64,000 nucleotides of DNA, taken from NCBI GenBank assembly GCA_951406725.2, contig OX597815.1, positions 72,540,001-72,604,000 on the forward strand, read 5' to 3'. The notes beneath the pieces were generated by a model. The model was not told where the DNA came from. It searched no databases and saw only the letters and a program-made list of their open reading frames with translations. Position numbers and translations under genes: made by a program. Shown here piece by piece: positions 54,011-64,000 of this stretch. Numbering within the stretch: the first letter of the stretch is position 1; each line of letters starts with the position of its first letter. The stretch comes from Octopus vulgaris (Eukaryota).

Positions 54011-54329
54011 TAAATAACAATAATAATCACAAGCTTCTCAAATTGTTGGTAGATTTAACCCGTCACTCGCTTTCATATCAGCGTCTTGGGTACCTTAGTA
54101 GAGTGCTCCTCTTTTGCAAGAATTCGGTCCACGACTCCGCTTCGAGGAAGCCTTCATTTTTCTTTTCCTTCCTCATTTCCCTCCTCCTTTATTTTCTTCG
54201 TTCTTTCATTCTTTCCTTCTTTCATTCCGTCCTTCCCTTCCTCTCTTCTTTACTTCCTTTCTGTAATCCTCCATCTTTTCCTTGACTAGGAGATAAAATA
54301 ATACCTAAGAAATTGAAAGGAACAATGTG

Positions 54330-54989
54330 TAAGCCTAGTTCTTATTCTATCAGTCACTTTTTTGCCGAACCGCTAAGTTACGAGGGGGGCGTAAACACAC
54401 AAACACATCGGATGTCAAACGATGAGTGGGGGAACTAACACAGACACAAAGACACATACAAATACATACACACATACATACATATATATATATGTGTTTG
54501 TGTGTTTACGCCCCCACCCCCGTAACTTAGCGGTTATATATATATATATATATACGACGAGCTTCTTTCAGTTTCCATCAACCAAATCCACTCACAAGGC
54601 GTTGGTTGGGCCGAGGTTATAGCAGAAGATATTCACCCAATGTGTCACACTGTGGGACTGAGCCCAGAACCATGTGGTTGGGAAGCAAGGGTCTTACCAC
54701 ACAGCCACGCCTGCGGCTGCTTATTTTTAGAATGACATTGTAGCGTAGGTGTGAGAGACTGGGTCTTGTTGGTTGAGCATAAAATAGGTTGAATATCTGA
54801 TATGGACGGATTAAATGCTAAAGGGTTAAAACATGAACCCATATATCTTATCTTTTATGTGTGTATATACAAAATGTATGTCTTTGTATGTGTTTCTATC
54901 TCACCGCTTGTCAACCGCTGTTTCTGTGTTTTCATCCCCATCACGTAGCGGTTCGACAAAAGTGACCGACAGAATAAGTTCCAGGCTTT

Positions 54990-55072
<83 letters not shown>

Positions 55073-55405
55073 CACACACACACACACACACGCACAAGTA
55101 TAAGGGTTGATTCGTTCGGTTATAATTCTTCGAGGTGGTACTTTAGCATGGCCGCAGTCCAATGGCTGAAACAAGTAAAAGATAAAAAATTAAAATGTAG
55201 ATACCTATACTTTTATATATGAAAACTATTTAACATATAGTCGCAGGCCTGGGTGTGTGGTTAGAAGCTAGCTTCCCAACTTCATGGTTCCGGGGTCAGT
55301 TCCACTGCATGGCACCTTGTGCAAGAGTCTTTTACTATAGCCTCGGACCGACAAGAGCTTTACGAGTGGATTTCGTAGGCGGAAACTGAAAGAAGACTGT
55401 CGTAT
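54330..55405. mobile_element. Cluster of SINE A copies (54330-54714 minus; 54885-55190 plus 3' half; 55242-55405 plus 5' half)
   Basis: Family A diagnostic motifs in each segment. Confidence 0.75.
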
Positions 55406-55422
55406 ATGTGTGCATTGTATGT

Positions 55423-55488
<66 letters not shown>

Positions 55489-56251
55489 GTGTGTGCGTGC
55501 TCATGTGTGTGTGATGTGTGTGTGTGAGTGTGTGCACGCGTGCGCGTGAATATGTGTTTCACACCTCACTGATCGTCAGGCGACAATAAACACGCGCACT
55601 CGACACACGCACACATACCCTACACACATATACACGCATGCACACACACACACACACACACATACACATATTCATGTACATATTCGTGCATCTGTGAATC
55701 TATATCTATGTTTGTTTACACCGACGTGAATATCGGCGTTGCGTGTGTTACGTTCTTTTAAGTGAAGACTGCAGGATCCTTTGATTCGGAAAAAACAAAA
55801 AAGTTAATTTTTTTTTTTAAATCATTGTTCGGAATGTGAAATCAAAGACCCAGTCTTTGGTATCATAACACTGGATAATTGCAGCAAGTCTCAGAACTAG
55901 ACTAATTTAACAAAAAACAAACAAACTAGGTGTCAATAGAGGTGAGTGTTAGAATGACCATTGCCATTGTTTAATGTCACAGCCGAAGAAAGGACCCTCC
56001 ATTTGGTCAATCGAACTACTAGAAATAACAGCTAAATCTCCTTCGAATTACATTTTACTGCATTAAGTAAGGAATGACGGACGCATTTGGCAGACAGTGT
56101 AGTGTTAATTTAATGGCGGCGTGAAACATCTTTGAATATAGATCAGATTACTTTCTTAGGGCTGACTTCAGAGGGGGTGAGATGGAGTAAGGGCTACACA
56201 ACAACAATAACAGCTGTGGCGGTAGTAGCGACACTTAGTCACTATCTGAAA

Positions 56252-56289
<38 letters not shown>

Positions 56290-56439
56290 GCGCCTGAAAA
56301 GATGTGTGTGTGTATGTGAAAGATGTATGTGTGTATGTATGTGAAAGATGTGTGTGTGTCTATCCGTCTGTATCTGTATTGACGGTATTGATCCCTACTT
56401 ATCAATCCATTCACTCGGGGCCTACTACTTTTCGATCTT

Positions 56440-57143
56440 GTCACTTTGGTGGTGGTCGTTGTCGTCTTCGTCGTGTTGACAGTGGCGGCGGCGGCGGTGG
56501 CAGCGGCTGCGACGGTGGCAGCGGCTGCGACGGTGGCAGCGGCGGCGGCGGTGGTGGTGGCGGTGGTGGTGGTTGTGGTTTTTGACGACGACGACGACTA
56601 CGTCGGCGACAATGATGGAGATGATGATGAGGACGATGTTACGGGTGATGTTAACGACGACGACGTTAACAACAACAACAACAAACTCAACAAACTCATA
56701 AACAACTAACACCTAACAACAACAATAACAACCTCACCACCACCACCAACAACAACAACAACGACAACAGTAAATGGAGATCGAAATGGTCGACAAACTA
56801 ATATCTCACTAAATAGACAGAAAAATAAATAGAAAGCGGAATAAGCTCTTTGATGTGGCGTCAGGTGTATATGTGTTTGTGTGTGTGTGTGTGTGTGTGT
56901 TCGTGCGAATGTGTATGTACGCGTGTGTATGTGTGTTGTGGGGACGAGGTGGTGGTGGTGGCGGTGAGTAAATATGGAGAGTTAAACGTAATGTTTGTAT
57001 GAGAGATATGTGAGTTAGGTAAAGTGGTTGAGGTATATACACGTACATGCGTGCATACATACGTACGTACATGCATACGTACGTACATACACATACCTGC
57101 GCATATATTTATATACATACACATGCATACACATTCATACATA

Positions 57144-57197
<54 letters not shown>

Positions 57198-57621
57198 CAA
57201 ACGCGCACGCGCTCACACGCACACCCACAGCACACTCGCACATATATCTGCATTCATACACACACACACATATATGTTCCAACTGATGATGATGATGATG
57301 ATGATGATGATGACGACGACGATGACGATGACGGTGACGATGACGATGGCGATGATGATCATGATGATGACGACGACGACGACGATGATGGTGAAGTGGA
57401 TGATGTTCAAGGCGATGACGAAGATGATGACATCGTCAACGTTGACCTATGACAACGGCAGTAACAGCCATAACAACCGGGATGATGATGTAGACGACGA
57501 TGATGATTATGATGATGATGATGATCACGACGACGATGGCGACGGCGATGTTAATGGTGGTGATGATGATGCGACTGTTTATTAAATGTTGCTTGTGATG
57601 GTAGCCGTTCATAGTGCAAAA

Positions 57622-57657
<36 letters not shown>

Positions 57658-57664
57658 CAGTAGC

Positions 57665-57708
<44 letters not shown>

Positions 57709-57710
57709 AT
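56440..57710. repeat. Mixed trinucleotide low-complexity region (GGT/GGC, GAC/GAT, AAC, CAG/TAG)
   Basis: Direct inspection. Confidence 0.85.
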
Positions 57711-57962
57711 GAAAAAAGCTTAGATCTACCGTTTTTGATGGTATGTTTTGCATAAAAGTGTAGTTTTTCCAAATTCAAATTTAATTTCAATCACTCAAAC
57801 CTCCCTTTCTGCTTCTGTCTCTATGTCTGCCTCTCATACGCACACTTAGACACACAGACACACGCAGCATGTATGTAAACTATATATATATATACATACA
57901 TACATATTTGTGTGTGCGTGCTTATATCTATACAGGCATGCACACGTGGTTGTATATCACAC

Positions 57963-58000
<38 letters not shown>

Positions 58001-58679
58001 ATGAATGTATACATATCTGTACTTATATATGTATGCATCTGTCAAGTGTCTGTGTATTTATGACCGCATCTGTGTTTGTGCATGTGGGCGTGTGTGTGTC
58101 TGAGTATGTATGTGTGCGTGTGCGTGTGTGTACACGCGCGCATGTGGGTGTATATACACTAATTGTCTATTCATGTATCTATCTCTTACCTTCTCTATCT
58201 CTCACCTTCTCTTTCTCCTTTTCACCCCCACTCTCCCATCCTCACTTTCCCATTTCTATCTATTTATCTGTCTGTTTATCTTAGCTTTGTCTATATACTT
58301 ATTTAATAAAACACATTCACACACACACACACATATATATATATAAACGCACACACTTGCACATACATATATATATATACACATCCTCACACAAAAACAC
58401 TGCCATTCTAACAAAATAAATGATAAAGCAAAAAAAAAAATGGAGAGGAGTTGGAGATGGTGGTGGTGTCTATTGGAATAAAAAGCGGAAAAGAAAAGAA
58501 AATATTTCAAAACGTCAATTATAAATGTATTATTTTCAATTGTTATTCATGTTGAAAGCCTAAGTAATGTAGAGGAAAACACACTCTCCACGTTGTCGTC
58601 TGTCTTTAATATCTCGCTCCTCTGTAATCTGTAAAGCTTTGATGTTTAAAGCCGCCTGTCAGCTTGACTAAACATGGCC

Positions 58680-60500
<1,821 letters not shown>

Positions 60501-60747
60501 TGTTTATCACGGCTTTTGCTGATTTTGTTTACGTTTGATATACACACACATATATATGAATGTGTGTGTGTGTGTGTGTTTGCGTGTTTACACACACACA
60601 CACACGCAAGGGTGCGTGGTAAGAAGCTTGCTCCCCAACCATTTCGGTTTCGGTTTCAGACCCACTGTGTGAGACCTCAGCCGACAAAAGCCTTATGAGT
60701 GGATTTGGTTGAGGAAACCCTGCCTATGTGTGCGCGCACGTTAAGTA

Positions 60748-60793
<46 letters not shown>

Positions 60794-60920
60794 TGTGTTT
60801 GGTTTGTTTGTTTCCGTCCCCGTGAATCAATATCAGTTGGACTAAATCCTACATGGCTGTACCTCTGGCTGGATGTATGCCAACTACTGGAACAAGTAAA
60901 ATATAAAATATACAAACATG

Positions 60921-61012
<92 letters not shown>

Positions 61013-61094
61013 CATATTCTTATACAAGCATGTTGACAGATAGATATGATTCTTATGTAAGAATAATAAATGTGTACACTACAAAAGTATAGAG

Positions 61095-61402
61095 CAGTGT
61101 TTCCCAACCTATTTTTCCCGCAGTACCCACTATAACTTTCCAGGAAAATGTTTACCCCACCGGTGGTAGGCAAAAAATTACTTCATTTTTAATATTTTAT
61201 CACAATTATTTAATACAGAAGAATCTATTGGTAACTTTTTTATCAAGTACGGAGTACAATAAAAAAAATGTACATTATCGACTAAGAAAAAAGTTAATCA
61301 TTTAAGTGAGAACCTTGTGCCTGGTAACTACGGCACCATGCCCCAGGACAATTTACCCAGGACCCCACCAGTGGGACGTATGCCCCACGTTGGGAATCAC
61401 TG
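61095..61402. mobile_element. hAT (Charlie-like) MITE with 8-bp TSD
   Basis: TIRs cagtgtttcccaac / gttgggaatcactg; TSD gtatagag / gtataggg. Confidence 0.9.
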
Positions 61403-61730
61403 GTATAGGGTAACCCATCAGATTAATGTAAAATTGTTTTTATTATAGCTGAACATTAAAGCAAACATTGATATAGATAGATACACGCACACACGGGTGT
61501 GCATGTTTTGCAGTGTTTCACAAAATAGTAAATAAGAGAACTTCAAATATTTGAGTTTATCCATGCAATTACTAAACAAATTCTCCCTATAGTATTGCTT
61601 AATATATAAAACTTACAAATATCTATCTATTTATCCTCTTCTCTATATTTATCTATATATGTGTGTTCATCTATCTATGCATGTATATAACTATCCTCCC
61701 ATTTTACTACACACATACACACACACACAT

Positions 61731-62000
61731 ACTGAGACATGATGTAGCTAAGACACTGTATAATGAGATCCATGGGAAGGATAAACTCGAGGCCAAAGGA
61801 ATAAGAACCTACAGTATGGTAGAAGCCTTAAGCGCTTATAAAAAGAAAGAGTACAGGTGGAATGTCCTAGTGAAAATATCAGTAAAATGTAAACATTATA
61901 GACCTGACATAGTGATTCAGGATTGAGAAGAGAAACTGCGTACAGTTGTGGAAATCAGCTGCCTAGAGGATGTTAACATAAAGCTAAAGATCAGTGAAAT
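61731..62000 (+). pseudogene. R4/Dong-like LINE restriction-like endonuclease fragment
   Basis: RHDVAKTLY..YRWNV..KHYRPDIVIQD*..VVEISC..DVNI (RHD, RPD and E motifs). Confidence 0.75.
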
Positions 62001-62092
62001 TACAGGGACGCGAACACACCAACACCTGTTTCGAAGTGATGGGGCGGGGAAGGAGAAACACAGGCACAAAAACATACACAAACACATTTACA

Positions 62093-62236
<144 letters not shown>

Positions 62237-62678
62237 GTATGTGTGTATGTATGTATGTATGTATGTATGTATGTATGTATGTATATATGTATGCATGTGT
62301 TAGCGACAGCACATGCTGAATGCATGTGTTTTGCTTGTTCACCAGTTTGTTGTTCCGCAGCGAATCGGCAAACAAATAAAGCACTTATATTGAATATGTG
62401 CAGTCGACAATGTTTACAACACTAGCGCTGCTTTGAATTCATATTGTTGTAATGCGAGTTTCTTAACCTCATAATCATGCTAACAGGCACACACACAGAG
62501 GCACATACACGAACACTCGCGCGTGCACATATATATTATACGTATGCATGTATACATGTATGTATGCATGTATTATGTATGCATGTATGTATGTATGTAT
62601 GTATGTATGTATGTATGTATAGTTCCACGGAACTGAAAGTGCATCTCACCAGATGCTAGGGATAAAGTGCACTCTGCA

Positions 62679-62733
62679 CCTAGCATCTGATGAGATGGTC
62701 TCCGATACGCCCACGAAACTGTTAGTCATGTGG
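62679..62733 (+). ncRNA. Type I hammerhead ribozyme candidate with intact core
   Basis: GCAU-CUGAUGA-G(A)UGG..CCAC-GAAA-CU GUU AG-UC-AUGU; GUC at 62725-62727. Confidence 0.65.
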
Positions 62734-62810
62734 AGCTGAGTCATTAAAGTTATTAAAAATATATGTAACCACTATCAAATGTGTTGAGTCTTTCGTTTGT
62801 TCACTCACAC

Positions 62811-62841
<31 letters not shown>

Positions 62842-62923
62842 CATGCATACATGCATACATACATACATTCATACATACATACATACATACATACATACAT
62901 ACATACATACATACATACATACA

Positions 62924-62956
<33 letters not shown>

Positions 62957-63292
62957 CTATTATCATAGATGCATTAAGTTATGTACCAACGAATTTACAT
63001 AAGAACCTATAAATTCTAGTTTCTTTTTAAGAAAGAGCGAAAGAAATTGATGCGGATTCTTCAAATCCAATCTATTATTAAGACATTCCAAAGATCTTCC
63101 ATCTGAGATTCTTTAGGTGAGCATCGACAGTTCAACCAACACACCAACTCAACCACATATTTACAAACGGCGGGATCACTATTAACGCAAAAAGTCTTGT
63201 CGCCTTGTTAGCAACCGGCTTGAACCCTCTCAAGAACTTAGATAAACTCAAAGAAAAAACCGTACTTCCATGCATACACACATGCATAATTA

Positions 63293-63524
63293 TTCTTTTA
63301 TTCTGTTATTTCTTTCAGTCATTTGACTGCGGCTGTGCTAGAGCACCACCTTAAAGGGTTTTACTCGAAGAAATCGACCTAGGACTTCTTCTTTGTAAGC
63401 TTAGTACTTATTCTATTTGTCCCTTTTGCTGAACGGGTAAGTTACTGAGACGTAAACACACCAACATCGGTTGTCAAGCGATGGGCAGGTGGATAAATAC
63501 AGACACAAACACACATATATATAT

Positions 63525-63581
<57 letters not shown>

Positions 63582-63742
63582 CGGGCATCTTTCAGTTTCC
63601 ATCTACCAAATCCACTCACAAGGCTCTGGTCGGCCCGAGGCTATAGTTGAAGACATCTGCCGAAGGTGTCACGCAGTGGGTCTGAACCTCGAACTATGTG
63701 GTTGGGAAGTTAACTTCTTACCACACAGTCACGCTTGCGCTT
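63293..63742 (-). mobile_element. SINE family A, full length
   Basis: ttcagtcatttgactgcgg...cttaccacacagtcacgcttgcgc. Confidence 0.85.
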
Positions 63743-63750
63743 ACTAGATA

Positions 63751-63812
63751 AGAATATGGAACGCTTTGCGCAGGGACCACGCAGACTAATCTTCGCTGTA
63801 TCGTTCAATATT
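63751..63812 (-). pseudogene. U6: U6 snRNA pseudogene (5'-truncated, internal deletion)
   Basis: Minus strand GAACGATACAGCGAAGATTAG..TGGTCCCTGCGCAA--AGCGTTCCATATT versus U6 GAACGATACAGAGAAGATTAGCATGGCCCCTGCGCAAGG...AAGCGTTCCATATTTT. Confidence 0.9.
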
Positions 63813-64000
63813 TCTATTGTCTTGTGTCTTTATCAATCTTCTTTCATCTCTTACGCATTTATTTTTTGATTTCTTTCTGGTTTTTCGTTTTCCCTTAAAC
63901 TATTCTCTTCCATATTATGAAATGTTTACTATAGCCATCATCCCTATAAAGCTGTATGTATTTCAAATAAGTATGAATGACCATGGGATTGCACCTAGAA

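Overview
AT-rich, microsatellite-saturated animal non-coding DNA. The SINE, RTE and hAT/mariner repertoire looks cephalopod (probably Octopus; this is inference). I find no convincing host protein-coding gene: nearly all ORF-track entries are translations of (TA)n, (CA)n, (TACA)n or (GAT)n repeats. Recognisable content is many copies of three tRNA-like SINE families, decayed LINEs (RTE, CR1/L2-like, Tx1-like, R4-like), decayed DNA transposons (hAT, mariner, several MITEs, a Helentron-like element), a U6 pseudogene, local duplications and a 3.3-kb pure (TACA)n array. The main hidden signal is a dense set of type I hammerhead ribozyme (HHR) motifs on both strands. These include a 350-nt tandem HHR repeat (non-LTR retrozyme-like) at 12.1-12.7 kb, a second related ~338-nt HHR repeat family (1.2-2.4, 24.2 and 27.0 kb), a third homologous family (23.9-24.7, 27.4 kb), further HHR motifs with intact cores at 18.4, 19.7 and 62.7 kb, and a palindrome at 36.1-36.4 kb with an HHR core on each strand. 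All folds were read by eye and are not computed or tested.
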